In this document: one piece after another, positions 51,801-64,000 of the stretch
How positions within the stretch are numbered: position 1 is the first letter of the stretch
How the letters are laid out: each line of letters opens with the position of its first letter
Made by a program: the position numbers and the translations under genes
The notes under the pieces: generated by a model
Databases searched by the model: none
Seen by the model: only the letters and a program-made list of their open reading frames with translations
What the model was told of the DNA's origin: nothing
Assembly: GCA_965235115.1 (NCBI GenBank)
Contig: OZ249436.1
Span: 32,118,001 to 32,182,000 of the forward strand
Length of the DNA stretch: 64,000 nt
Reading direction: 5' to 3'
DNA from: Laetmonice hystrix
Lineage: Eukaryota

Positions 51801-54559
51801 AAATTGAAGTGAGACCAACCAAATGTAATTGTGAGAACGCTCAGCTGACGCCGTTACAATCTAACGCTCTACCTTCGAACCGCTTGGCCATTTTGGATAA
51901 CCGTGTATAGCAGGGGAATTCCCTGATGCGCGCCTGTCGAGCACCTAAGCTCGTTTTCCCCACTGCACTGTCACGTCTTCTGTCCAACTTCTTCTTTCTC
52001 AGCTTTTTAGCTGATTCTGATTGGCATATTTACAAGGCAAGCGTAGGCCTATGATGATGATCAAATGCAGTGGAGCAATACCAGAAGTTAGCATGGGATT
52101 CCCCCAGGACCTAGGACTATTATGGGATATTGTTCGACGTCATTTGCAGCACCACTTTCGGAGAGAGGAGGCAAATTCAAACTCCTGCTATTATCATGTT
52201 ATATAGCTTCCGCCCGAATTCTAGTTAACAAAGATCATCATACTACAGCAACGGTGTGTCTTCACATATGTCAATGGGTTGCTATCGGTGACAGGCAAGT
52301 GTTTTATTTTCGAAGTTACATACGATGTACCTTTAAGGCCTCCATTCAAATTATAACAGAACTGTTGCCATCTCGCGTACCCATGAGTGGCTGGGGTGGA
52401 TAAGATGAAATGGTGCCTCATAGCTGTTCGTACTATAAAGCGACAGCAGGAAGAGAAATATCATATTGATAATTCTCAAATATCGGCGAAATTTTAATAG
52501 GACAATTTGGCTATGTTTAATAACTCTTAGATGTCTGAGACGTGACACTCCCAAACGATGCTTTATTTTCATTTTCTCGTCTTTTCCCCTTCCGTCCCTC
52601 TTCTTATTGTGATTCTTGTTATTCTTTTTTTTTCTTCATCTCCGCCCTTTTCTCTTTCTTCCTGTTTTCATTTTCTTCAATCTTCAATCATTTTCTTCAA
52701 ATTTTCAACCGACCTAGGCGCTTGACAGTGACACACTGCCTTAAATGAGAATGAGCATAAGCATACACACTTGTCAACATCACAATATATGTTTTATTTC
52801 CTGTGTAGAACGTTTCCCACCTTGTTTAATCATTTCATCTTCATCAAGAGTTCAAGCACTTGGTATTCAAACGCAACAGCGTGTCCAACTTTTTGATATG
52901 TCCACACATTCCACAGTACAATGCGTACATACTACGCAGACAACAGTCAATATCTAAACAGTGACTGCCCTCCCTAACCCCCAAGGGATGACGTCACTGT
53001 TAACCCTAGAACTGAGAATGCGCAACTTCCTATATATCTGAACACTTTGGTTCTGACAACAAAAGAAAGGAAGCTACAACATGGTAACACATTCCATAAT
53101 CAGGTCAACATAAAATATAATATGTTACAGCCTTCTGATGAGACAAAAAGTGTATGCATACAAATGATAATCCTTGCACAAAAATGATAGGGATATACCT
53201 AGATACGTTAATTAAAAACGCTTTTACTATATAGTACGACACGACGGCAGTGAAATACATACATGTTGTATTGAGTGAAGCATTGTCTACCATCGGATAC
53301 TTGAGATCATTTTTATATTCAGCAGTGCTCGCTTGCGCATGATACGCCCAGCAGCACCCTATGTAAAATTATGATCGTTAAAAAAAAAGTTAAACTAGTT
53401 TTATCGTGTGCCATATAAGTTAGGACGTCAGGCAAACTTGAGAAAATGTTCCCAGTTGTAACTCAGTCTAAATTAAGAATATAGATAAGCTATAATTAGG
53501 ATCCTGATATATCAGGCAAGTAAGAGGCCATTCATTATGTCGTTTAAAACAAGTTATAGAAAATCCACGGTTTGTATGGCAGCAAATTCACAGATTTGAC
53601 GATGGCAATCTCCCGGAGAAACAGGACACACATCACAGTGTTAACTAGAGGAGGGTTTCCATGTATACACATACGTTTTCGTTATCCCTTTCCGATTGCC
53701 TATTTCCTATTGGCGCGTTCCCATGTGTAAAATAGGACTTCGAAACGGAGGCATAAACGACCGAATCGGAAACAGATAACGGAAACGTTCTCATGGAATC
53801 CCAGCTTAATGTTTTTTTCTCTCGTCAGGAATTCACCAATAACCTGGCTACCTACGGCTTTTTGGGGGGCCTCAGTTTGCAACCCCTTTCTGGTCGTATA
53901 ATACAGGCCTTGTGAATATAACCCTTAATTTGCTGACTGGAATTGTTGACATGCTTACGCCATTGAAATAATATAATCAATTTGTTATCTATAATAGCAG
54001 TAAAGTTGAAGCCTCTCGGCGTACATTCACCATATATTTTGTATGTTTGTATACATTGTTTCACCTTGTTACAGCACAGGTTGTCCAAGTGTATATTTTA
54101 TACAACCACCTTTGTGTTGCTAACAAACACGGCAGTGCAGAGCTGGTCTAAACTTACAACGATCTTAAATCTCATAACTCGGCTTCGCCAACACCCAAGC
54201 AAATCAGAATTTATTTGTTCGCAGTATTCACAATTCAAATGACAATTACTGAGATAAAGCGTTCTTAGTGAAATCGGTAGAATCCTTATTTCCTCAATAA
54301 TGGCTCTGCATTTACCCTGCAAACTATTTTAGTTCAAGATTCTATATAAGCAGAATCCATAAATTCACCCGTAATATTTTGCTAACCTTCTAAGAAGCAT
54401 TCCCTTGGCCTTGAACTTTTTGCTGACATTCTGATGGCACCTGGCAGTTAACGTTATCATAAAGGAAACCAACACTGCATCTCGCCAGACCAATACTGGG
54501 ATGTCGGCGATAAACTAACAGAATGAATGATCGTCTCCTCGCCTCGGTGATTACAAGTT

Positions 54560-54901
54560 CAGTGACGATTATAGCGTACTCAATGGGTGAGGTTAGGTTT
54601 TAAGGTATCGTGTTAGTGTTAGTGTCTACATGAGCCCCTGAACAGGCTGGTCAGGTTTACACGGTGTCAGTGACGATTATAGCGTACTCAATGGGTGAGG
54701 TTAGGTTTTAGATTAAAGTATCGTGTTAGTGTTAGTGCCTACATGAGCCCCTGAACAGGCTGGTCAGGTTTACACGGTGTCAGTGACGATTATAGCGTAC
54801 TCAATGGGTGAGGTTAGGTTTTAGATTAAAGTATCGTGTTAGTGTTAGTGTTATTGTTAGTGCCTACATGAGCCCCTGAACAGGCTGGTCAGGTTTACAC
54901 G
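54560..54901. repeat. ~110-nt tandem repeat x3
   Basis: Units begin cagtgacgattatagcgtactcaatgggtgaggttagg at 54560, 54668, 54781. Confidence 0.93.
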
Positions 54902-55325
54902 CTGTTAACACCACGTGAAAGGATATGACATTTGTAAATCTGTAAAATCTGCTTAATCAACCTATTATTTAATCATTTTATATAAGAGATTTGTATTGGC
55001 TACTAAATCATCAGTACTGTGTTACGCAAACAGGTTCCTAAATCGCCTGGAAGCCAAATTTTGTGTTATAGTATAAAACAGTACTGGATGTTCGACCAAA
55101 AATTCCTCCAAATATATTCCACCTATAGGCCGATATTCTGGTCACATAACATTCTTTATTTTCACTAAACATATCTGTTAACAGATCTGCTACACGGGCA
55201 GATATGTTCACAGATCTGTTTTATCTCTGGTGTTAACACGGTTTTAACACGGTATTTAGGCCTGACGTCAGAAATTAATGTTAGTGTAACAAATTTGATA
55301 ACAAACGGAACACACACTGAAATCT

Positions 55326-55797
55326 GAACCTCACCCATTTGTATGACTGCACACGACGTCACGCGTAGGCTCCGTACAGAACCTCACCCAATGTATGACT
55401 GCACACGACGTCACGTGTAGGCTCCGTACAGAACCTCACCCAATGTATCACTGCACACGACGTCACGTGTAGGCTCCGTACAGAACCTCACTCCATGTAT
55501 GACTGCACACGACGTCACGTGTAGGCTCCGTACAGAACCTCACCCAATGTATGACTGCACACGACGTCACGTGTAGGCTCCGTACAGAACCTCACCCAAT
55601 GTATGACTGCACACGACGTCACGTGTAGGCTCCGTACAGAACCTCACCCAATGTATCACTGCACACGACGTCACGTGTAGGCTCCGTACAGAACCTCACC
55701 CAATGTATGACTGCACACGACGTCACGTGTAGGCTCCGTACAGAACCTCACCCAATGTATGACTGCACACGACGTCACGTGTAGGCTCCGTACAGAA
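55326..55797. repeat. 52-nt minisatellite, ~9 copies
   Basis: Unit gtaggctccgtacagaacctcacccaatgtatgactgcacacgacgtcacgt. Confidence 0.97.
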
Positions 55798-55837
55798 ATC
55801 GTACCAGCGTCAGGGAGCTGAAAACGTTTTGATTGTG

Positions 55838-55998
55838 CAAGAAACTGCGTCACCAGGCCTTCAGACACGTGCAGGAAAAGCGCAACTGGTCAAGAAACTG
55901 CGTCACCAGGCTTTCAGACACGTGCAGGAGAAGCGCAACTGCTGTCAAGAAACTGCGTCACCAGGCTTTCAGACACGTGCAGAAAAGGCGCAACTGGT
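55838..55998. repeat. ~54-nt tandem repeat x3
   Basis: caagaaactgcgtcaccaggctttcagacacgtgcag... at 55838, 55891, 55946. Confidence 0.92.
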
Positions 55999-57454
55999 AT
56001 CTAGGCCGGGTTCCCCGTCTTGTTAATATTTTGGACAAGAACTCCTACAGTAGGGAATAGACTCTGCGTAGGGTGTAGATGGCATACTGTCGAGGCTCTG
56101 ATTGTGAGGCAAGCAGGTCTTGTTCCAGTTTGATTGAACTTTCCCCCGGTTATAGTCGCACAAATACCACAAAATAGCAAGATATAGTAAGGGCAATCGC
56201 TTCGGCTGCTTTACTGATACCTTGATGTAGAAGTGGAGGTCTTGGAGAGCGGAGACTATCTTCAAGTAATTGATGAATATTATGACATGGCCATTGATCC
56301 GTTGGTAATCACAAAATAGAAACTACTATGAATCTAGAGTTTAATCAAGTTGGAGGCAAGTAACCGTCCTGAAATTTATCCATTTAGATTTATAGCGGTT
56401 TAACCGGAATAACAACTTGACCCCGGTGGTGCTGAATGCATTCTTTGATATGCGAATCTTAAGGCAGCTGACCAGTATTCCGTATACATAGACCCCCTTT
56501 TAAGGGAATTTTTCTTTTCAATACCTGTTTATCCGCACAATAGATCTGTGATTCTGCCAAAAGAACTTAGTTATTATAATAAATCCCACTGATAGGCCTT
56601 TCGTCGTTGAATAGTGAAGGATTATTCATCGTTAGGGAGAAGTCGTTTCCCAAGAAAACAAGATAAATTCACCCTACCGATTAAAATTTGGCTCTTCAAG
56701 TTCGATAATCATGTAGTGAAGCTATAGGCCATGCATCAGTTAGCTTGCACTTAATATTGTAGCTCGTGGACTTTAAAATGTCGACAGTGATTTTTTACAT
56801 GATAGGAATTATGTCCTGGAACATCTTGTTCATCCAATCTGTTCAATCATTCATAATCCAGGTAAGACTTCGGGCGATGTTTTGGCATGTTTGGGGCCTT
56901 ATGTTTCACCCAAATTCGGACTAATATATTAGTCCAATATCCACGTTTGTAGTCTGCCTTTGAACTATATTCCGGTAAATTCCCTCAGCATAGGGGGGGG
57001 GGGGGGTTGACTCCGCGAAGTGAACATTCCTCTTTTGTCAGCCGGTAATCACTTGCTTGATACATATCTATAGAAGGCTCTTCATCGAAGGGAGAAGTCA
57101 AATGGTGCTGTCTCACGCAGTCTAAAAAGAGGGACAGAAGAAAAACGTGTTCTTTACCCAAATCAACGTGAAGGTATATCCACCAACGTAGAGGAAATAT
57201 TATGTGGACACGTAGGACCAAATGTACCAAAAAGTTTCACGTAATGGACTCAGTATTGTGATCAAAACTCGAGCTCGATCGCAAGTGAAATGGTTTCACG
57301 AATGGTTAATTACACCAGATTAGCCGCGGCAATATTTCACGTACGAACGTGTACACTTAGGTATATCATTTAAACACTAGAAGTTGAGCAGAGTCATGGG
57401 GCGGCGGCAAGTGGCGGCGTTAGTGTGGACTGTTGGCGCGTCCTCCATGCAGAC

Positions 57455-58174
57455 CTAGGATATACAACAGTCGTTACGGGTCGGGTCACCCGTATGTTTC
57501 ACCTTGGGTTTGTTAGATCTCCGCATCAGACTCCTGCTCCTTGACAACCCCTTGCCTTCCTCTTGATGCCGCAGTCGTTCTCGTGCGTGACCTAGGTTTG
57601 CTGAATTGGCACTAAGGCGGCGTTTGAGAATTGGTTCTAACTTTCTGATATCGGGAAGATTAGCCTGTTCAAGAAGCTTCTGAAAGATCTGGGGAATACT
57701 GCAATCCTCCTTGGCACTGGCCTCCATGTAGGCCGACTCCATGCCCTCTGAGCGGGCCCATCCCCGTCCATCCTCGGAAGACACTTTCCGTCGGGGCTCA
57801 AGGTCCAATTTGTTGGCCACAATGACACAGGGTAGGTCCTGGAAGTTACTTCGCAGTTCTTTCACTTGTTCCCAAAGGTCGCGGACCTCCGCGAACGAGT
57901 CCCTGTTGTCGATGGCGTAGACCAACATGAAGGCATGCGCGTTCGTCATACTTAGTCTGCGCATGGCCGGGAAGACGAGGTTACCGGCCGTATCCAAAAT
58001 GTCCACCTTGACAATTGAACCATTTATATCGTAATCTCGACAGTGAAGGTCTTCTACTGTTTGCTTGTAGGCGTCGGTGAAGGTTCCAAAGAGAAATCGG
58101 TTTACAATGGCACTCTTACCCACCCGACCAGCACCCAGCACAACCAGCCGATGGCGCTCGTCGGTTTCTGCCAT
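57455..58174 (-). CDS. Ras-family small GTPase, RASD (Dexras1/Rhes)/DIRAS-like, 239 aa
   Basis: G1 GAGRVGKS, switch I YKQTVEDLH, G3 DTAGN (N at the Ras Q61 position, as in RASD), FPAMRRLS, G4 NKLD, G5 EASAK, basic tail, CaaX CCIS. The ORF-track start at 58195 is TTG; the first ATG is at 58174. Confidence 0.92.
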   Translation of the reverse strand: MAETDERHRLVVLGAGRVGKSAIVNRFLFGTFTDAYKQTVEDLHCRDYDINGSIVKVDILDTAGNLVFPAMRRLSMTNAHAFMLVYAIDNRDSFAEVRDLWEQVKELRSNFQDLPCVIVANKLDLEPRRKVSSEDGRGWARSEGMESAYMEASAKEDCSIPQIFQKLLEQANLPDIRKLEPILKRRLSANSANLGHARERLRHQEEGKGLSRSRSLMRRSNKPKVKHTGDPTRNDCCIS

Positions 58175-58436
58175 GACTGGGAGCAGCGGCACCAAATATA
58201 ACTATACAAATGTGATCAAGTACAGCCGATGCCTATATCCAGACAGCAATACACGTTCACCTACGTCTGTTCACCTGTTAAAGCAGTTTATGTATCACGA
58301 CGTCGCTGGCTTCCATTTATGTGCAAAATGACGGGGGTCCGACGTTAGAGTGGCACGATCACTCCTGATTGAAGAGCAGGTGGTCCACACGACAAACGCA
58401 GCTTCTAGTTGAATATAATCCGATGTGGTTTACTTT

Positions 58437-58887
58437 CTGAATAAAGAAATGTATTCTACATTGACTTGACCGTCGTCCTAAAACCGGCTTTGTCAAAGCA
58501 AAGGGGACTTGCAAGCATATCGGCGAAAGTGATAAGCTTCAGTACATTGCGAAATACGCTTTCCTGCATCAGAGGCTTCAACGTGATGGGATTCTTTTCA
58601 AACGACCCACGTCTGGGGACGACCGAGGGTAGCTCGTCCACAATGGAGGTACCCCGTCCCGGGTAGGCCTACTAGTTCAGAATGATGCACTTCACCTAAG
58701 CCACGCGCTGTACATCCAACGTTCATTGCTATCCTTTCAAGGACTGGAGGCTTACATACATATATCATTAGTCTTATCACTGCCTTAAATGTAGTTAGTG
58801 ATTTGCGGCAGCGGCAGCCGTCCGATGTCCAATAGGTGATGGCATGCCTCGCCAATTACCACCATTGTCAGCCGCCTGTCTTCGTAC
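58437..58887 (-). other. Probable 5'UTR intron of the RASD-like gene
   Basis: Minus-strand donor TAG|GTACGA at 58888/58887 and acceptor tttctttattcAG at 58438-58437; CpG-rich region 58900-59280 upstream. Confidence 0.5.
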
Positions 58888-59980
58888 CTACTCTGGTCTT
58901 CCTTAACTCACTCACACCTTTCCCCGCCAATGGACGCTGCAAGTAAGCGGGTAACTTGAAAATGACGCCGTCAGATATCCGCGGCGCAGTTGTCAGTGAC
59001 TCGCGGTTGCCATGGTCGCAGGGCCCGGCTGAGCGGAGTGTCCAGCCGATATCAGACACAGCGTCAGTGGAGGTCCGTCTGCGGGCTGAGCAGCAGCCTC
59101 GCAGGCCGTACTTTGGTGCTCGCAGTGTGCTGATGGTGCCTTATCATCTCCACACGTGCAGGCCTGTTGTCAAGTGGGAGGACAGAGAGTCGGAGGACAG
59201 CACTGCCCTGCAGATATCCGATCGGTCGCCGTGTCTCTCACTAAACAGCCTGCAGGAACACCGCGGGGCGTCTGAAACCAGATAGAATAATAGTCTAATT
59301 TCATACAGGATTGGCACGGTAAAGTGATAATGAGTTGACATTACCCGGTCGTTCCCCTAACAGGTTATATTATATACGCTGGCCGCACTATATGGCTAAC
59401 GAAGGTAAAATGGCTAGATCTGATTTCAGATTTTTCTTGCCCGGAGTGGACTTGGCAGATTAGTGGCACAGTGGCGCTGCCCGCGTCTATAGTCACAATG
59501 ACAGCTACTTGTTGAAGCTAAGAGGGCAGAGGGCTTCAGGATATTGCATGGACGATAATTATTTTTGATAGTAGGCCGACGCGGTTTTATCGCCGTACTA
59601 CAGTTGTATTGGTAAAACGCAGAAGTATACGCGTCCAGTCAAATTATGTACATGTATAGGCAGGGGAAGGTGCAGGTTTATGCAAGGGGGCGAGGTTAGA
59701 CCCATTGAATATTGCAAGTTTAGCAAGCTGGGGTGGGGGTGTGGGGGGGGGGGGAATCCCCCGAAATCGTCTCCACTGGATCCCCCTTTGGTAGGGCCGA
59801 AATCTTCCTCTCTGAGCCATTTTAACCACATTTCCAGTTTATATTTCCAGTTTTTATCGTGTTACTCCATCATTCATGTCATCAAATAATAACAGCTGAT
59901 ATTTGTTCTTGAAATACCAAGACGGATATTTCTGTTGTGTCTCGACGATGCCAGGATTTCTCTTCGATTTCTATGAATGA

Positions 59981-60092
59981 AAACATACTCCTTCCTGTAC
60001 TATGATAAAAATATACTCCTTACTGTACTATGATAAAAACATACTCCTTCCTGTACTATGATAAAAACATACTCCTTCCTGTCCTATGATAA
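59981..60092. repeat. 28-nt tandem repeat x4
   Basis: Unit aaacatactccttcctgtactatgataa. Confidence 0.92.
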
Positions 60093-63000
60093 TGTTTAGT
60101 GTGTGGCAGCCCAACTTGCAAAATATTCAATGTGTAAATTGGGGCGATCAAATCCCAGATGTTACCAACATCTCAATGTATCAGATGGGAGGAGGAAGAG
60201 GCCTTTAGATAAATAATTGGGGCATTTCCCCAATCAGCATCGAGAGAAAGTGATAGATGATGTAGATAAAACCCGGTTTCCAGTATCATTTTGAATGCTG
60301 TGCCCCAGGTTCATTATGATTATAGGCCTATCGGACAGTTGAACCAGTTTATGAATGCCTGATGCTCGAAGGGAGATTTTCCAGTGACCGACGGTGCTAC
60401 CGTCAGGGCAGGGCGTTGACGGTCGATATTGTACATTATGTGGACCTATAATAAGCTCAAACAACGTGGAAAAAAGAGAGAAGGACTCAGCAATGACGGA
60501 ACGTAAAGGAGCCTTCACCATGCACTAGTCTCAGAGTTATCGTGTCGTTCATGATATCCCCAATTTCATCAAAAGTTGACCAAATATGTCAAAATATAGT
60601 ATCCACCATGACGACAAATACGACGATAGCAACACCCAATTTACTCTCAATTTTATAGTTACGGCTTTGTCTGACGTGTTGATTTATAAGCCATAGCAAG
60701 CTGCTCCTAGCCGAGATCCGGCGACTCCCCGCCTCAAACTAGCGCACCACAAGATCTAGTCTATACTGCGGGAAGAGACTATTCATCAAAATGACAAATC
60801 AGTCACTGTCACTTCATTGGCTTCAAACGAGATGGAACAGCAAAACGAGGTCGTTGAGCACAGACGATCAGCGACCACGCGCTTTTAACACGATCCTATC
60901 ATCGACTATTTCGAAATAATTATTAACCAATCTACGGTTTGATTTTAGGGCAGCGGGGAGATGCTATCTGTGGATTGTCAATGAAAAGGCAACGACTGGA
61001 AATATCGCACCGTAAAGATTTCCTCAAAGATTTATTTCGATGCATTGAATTCCGTTTAAGAACGTAATCATAATAACCATGGGGATGAAATAACATTTAA
61101 CACTAATGCTGGCATGATGATTAATCCATCATAATATACGACAGATTGAAATCCTGATGCTTTTTGAAAGGGAATTTTAAAGGAAAAGCATTAACAGAAA
61201 GTTATGTAACTGGCATCGCCCACATTAATTATCCACAACTGAAAACAACATGCATCAGCTCCAGGATGATAGAGTTAATAGAGTGATGTGGAACTAATAT
61301 AATTGACAGGTCCTGCCGAGAAACGAGAAACTTTTCAACAGCAAAACACCACCTTGAAGGAAGCAGAGAGGTGTCATATTCAATCAACAGAGGTGCAATT
61401 TGTCTGGCGGTTCAGAATATTGTCCTTCCCATTTTTTTTCCACCGTACTGCTCCCTTCAAGATTTTCTGCACCAATGCTTGGAAACTCGTCAACCATAAG
61501 TAAAAGTTGCTGTCAATCAAGACGTTCACGGCAATGAGCCTCTGATTTCCAACACACTCATTACGACATCGATAAGAATAATCCGGGAACAGGGCTCTTA
61601 CATGAAGGATGCAGCCTCTCTGAAATCCCATCATCTTTGAAGCCATAGCTTTGATAGAACAAGAACAAAAAATGTGGCTGGGAAGAGGGAGCCAATAATT
61701 GCGTCAGCAAGAACACCGAGTGTCTTAAAAGGCCAACGCTGGCCACATGCCAGACACAGATGAAAGAAGAAGCTGGAAGTAGATACAACGCTTTCATATC
61801 ATACTCATTGTTCCTTGCGTTATCCTAACACAAGAGATGTAGTCTCTCAGAGCACGCGACGTGACGGCGAACGGTCTAACGGGGACGACAGAAGAGGAAG
61901 ACAGGAAGAGCAGAAAGCAAGGGCACTGAGATAATCGTGGGGTCTTTGATGACCATTGTTGAATTTTTACTTCGGGAAAGAAAACGAGTTTTGTAGACAA
62001 GGCAAGACTTGGCAAACTGGTGCTAAGATCAAATTGCAACTTTAATTGGTACCTGGTACTTTACTGACAATAAACGGCAATTAAAGGCGGAAATGACTAG
62101 AAAGTAAAAACATGTTGAGCTTGTGAAAAAGTATCATTCATGAGAGAGGCTTACGCCAAACTTTGAATCTCTGTGGAAGTGCATTAAACGTAGAACATGC
62201 AGGCCCTTTCGCAGACAGTGCTTGTTGGACGTCGAACCTTGCCTCACCCTTCCATTGGATAATTATGAGGGATGTTTGGGGTCTGCGTCCTACTTCCGAC
62301 TTCGGTCCAAACAGGAAAGACATTTCCAAGCCTTGTCATGTCTTCCAGCTAACATGATTAGTGTCCTGTTAACGTGTCAGAGAGCACTGCCCTAATGTTT
62401 GCATGGAATAAGGGAGTGACTTTCAATATGGGACTGCATAGTCCGAAATGTGGTCTAGTATAGAAGGATCCTGAATTAAAGACGCGTTGAAGCAACATGT
62501 TGTTATTTTCTTTTACATGTTACTTTAACCCCTGATGAACCTTTCTAAAATCCAGGTTCGCAACACAAGGACTCTTTTCGAACGGATCTCGATGAGGATG
62601 CCTTGTATCTGAAAGTAATCCTGTTAGTGAGAATTGGCGATGGGCAAAGTTTGGAATTCATTCGGCACGTCACATTTTATATCAAGGATCGAGGGATTTC
62701 GAAGGACCAGACCCAATGGCAGAGCATGGCACTCTTGCGAGAAAGCTGATCTTCGAATTAATAACGCCAGGCTGGATCGAGGAGAACCTACTCGTAATTC
62801 AGGAGAGGGCCATTTTCGGTCTTCGGTCGATGTTGCTTGATCGAGTGTCGGGCCTCGAAGTTTATGGCTGCACTTCCGCCCGGATTATACCCGCTCCTTT
62901 TGAGATTAGGGGCCGGAATATGTATAGGTTGTGTGCGACAGGAAATGTCGCAGAGCCTTATACTGGAGTGTTATCGTAGGCCTGAAAGACACAAAGCCTG

Positions 63001-63852
63001 CTATTCCCAAATCTTTTTTCTCCTCCCGTTGATGAGCCCGTGAAAACCCGGATATTCCGTATGCGAGCTGGCGGCGGTAGCTTGAATCCTGCGGTCACAG
63101 GACTACAAGTACACGGGGGAAGTCTGGGGGATCAGCAACCTCTTGCGATTAAACAGAGAGGACGTGACCCAGGTGGAGCCGATGTGCTGACGCCCATGAC
63201 CACCCCAAGACCTCATTTATCTTCTGTGAGCCTCCATTCACTGGGCGCCTTTCTTTGAAAGCCCGAGGCTCGATGGCCAGTCACACTCGGGCGCCCACCT
63301 TTATAGGTCATCGGCTGGCCGGAACCCGTAATGCTCGTATAAATCCTTCATACATTCAGTTAGGGTTCAGATTCCGTGAGACTGGAGAGAAGGGGTCCCT
63401 GGAGGCAATTGGCAGATCGACTAACTCCGGAAGGCGGGTCCATTATTTAAAGGTACATAACGGTAGGGTCAGAACATGCAAATTGTATTGGGGTAATTTG
63501 AGATAGTGAGAAAGTGACCGAGTGTTGGTGGCTTTACGCCATGTCAATAACTAAGGCCATCTTCACGGCAAAAAGATGGTGGAGAGAGAGAGGGGGAGGG
63601 GAGAAAAACAGCGAAACAGAGACAGAGACAGAGAGCCCATAGACCAGCAGAATTTCGGATAGTCGGGTAGTGGGACCGTAGAGTCGGTATGTACGAATTT
63701 CAGATTGTTTCAGACTTCAGCCAGTTAGAAAGCGGGAGCATGTCACATGATGCCAGCTGAAAATGGCGTCCGAGGCATGGGTATGAAATTCCCGCCATGT
63801 TTTTCCGCCGGAAATCGTGCAGTGTGCACATACATCCCAGAAGGACGATCTG

Positions 63853-63991
63853 GGGCCCGTTTCACTAAACACTCGTATTTTACGAGCTCGTATTTTCTAT
63901 AAATCATAATAGCAAAATGTAAATGAGTTTTTTCTTGTTTACGAGCTATAAGGCCATAGACGAGTTCGTACAGTCTTAGTGAAACGAGCCC
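63853..63991. mobile_element. PIF/Harbinger MITE with CTG TSD
   Basis: TIR gggcccgtttcactaa / ttagtgaaacgagccc; CTG at 63850-63852 and 63992-63994. Confidence 0.85.
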
Positions 63992-64000
63992 CTGGCCGAT

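Noticed and set aside
61300..63510. Several 60-90-aa ORFs upstream of the RASD-like gene
   Set aside because: No recognisable motifs or coherent splice pattern.

Overview
Eukaryotic (invertebrate metazoan-like) genomic DNA with spliceosomal introns and many non-autonomous DNA transposons; no CRISPR, rRNA or tRNA genes seen. Supported genes: (1) RPS2/uS5 (+, non-coding TOP exon ~2795-2821, five coding exons 4586-8727, 284 aa), whose intron 6811-8150 holds three paralogous box C/D snoRNA-like RNAs sharing an invariant guide complementary to the 5' end of 18S rRNA; (2) a Klf9/13-class Kruppel-like factor (+, exons 16113-16644, 24131-24220, 24455-24705, 290 aa) with both a Sin3 (SID) motif and a CtBP-type PVDLS motif; (3) a multi-exon transposase-like (DUF6589/Academ-like, by motif recall) gene at ~32.8-40.9 kb with an open 5' half and a decayed 3' half; (4) an unknown 175-aa protein (-, 48286-48813); (5) a RASD/DIRAS-like small GTPase (-, 57455-58174). 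A probable spliced non-coding transcript runs divergently from the RPS2 promoter. Several tandem arrays (23, 28, 39, 50, 52, ~54, ~110 nt units) are present, three of which share one core sequence. All family assignments are from motif recognition by eye, not database searches.
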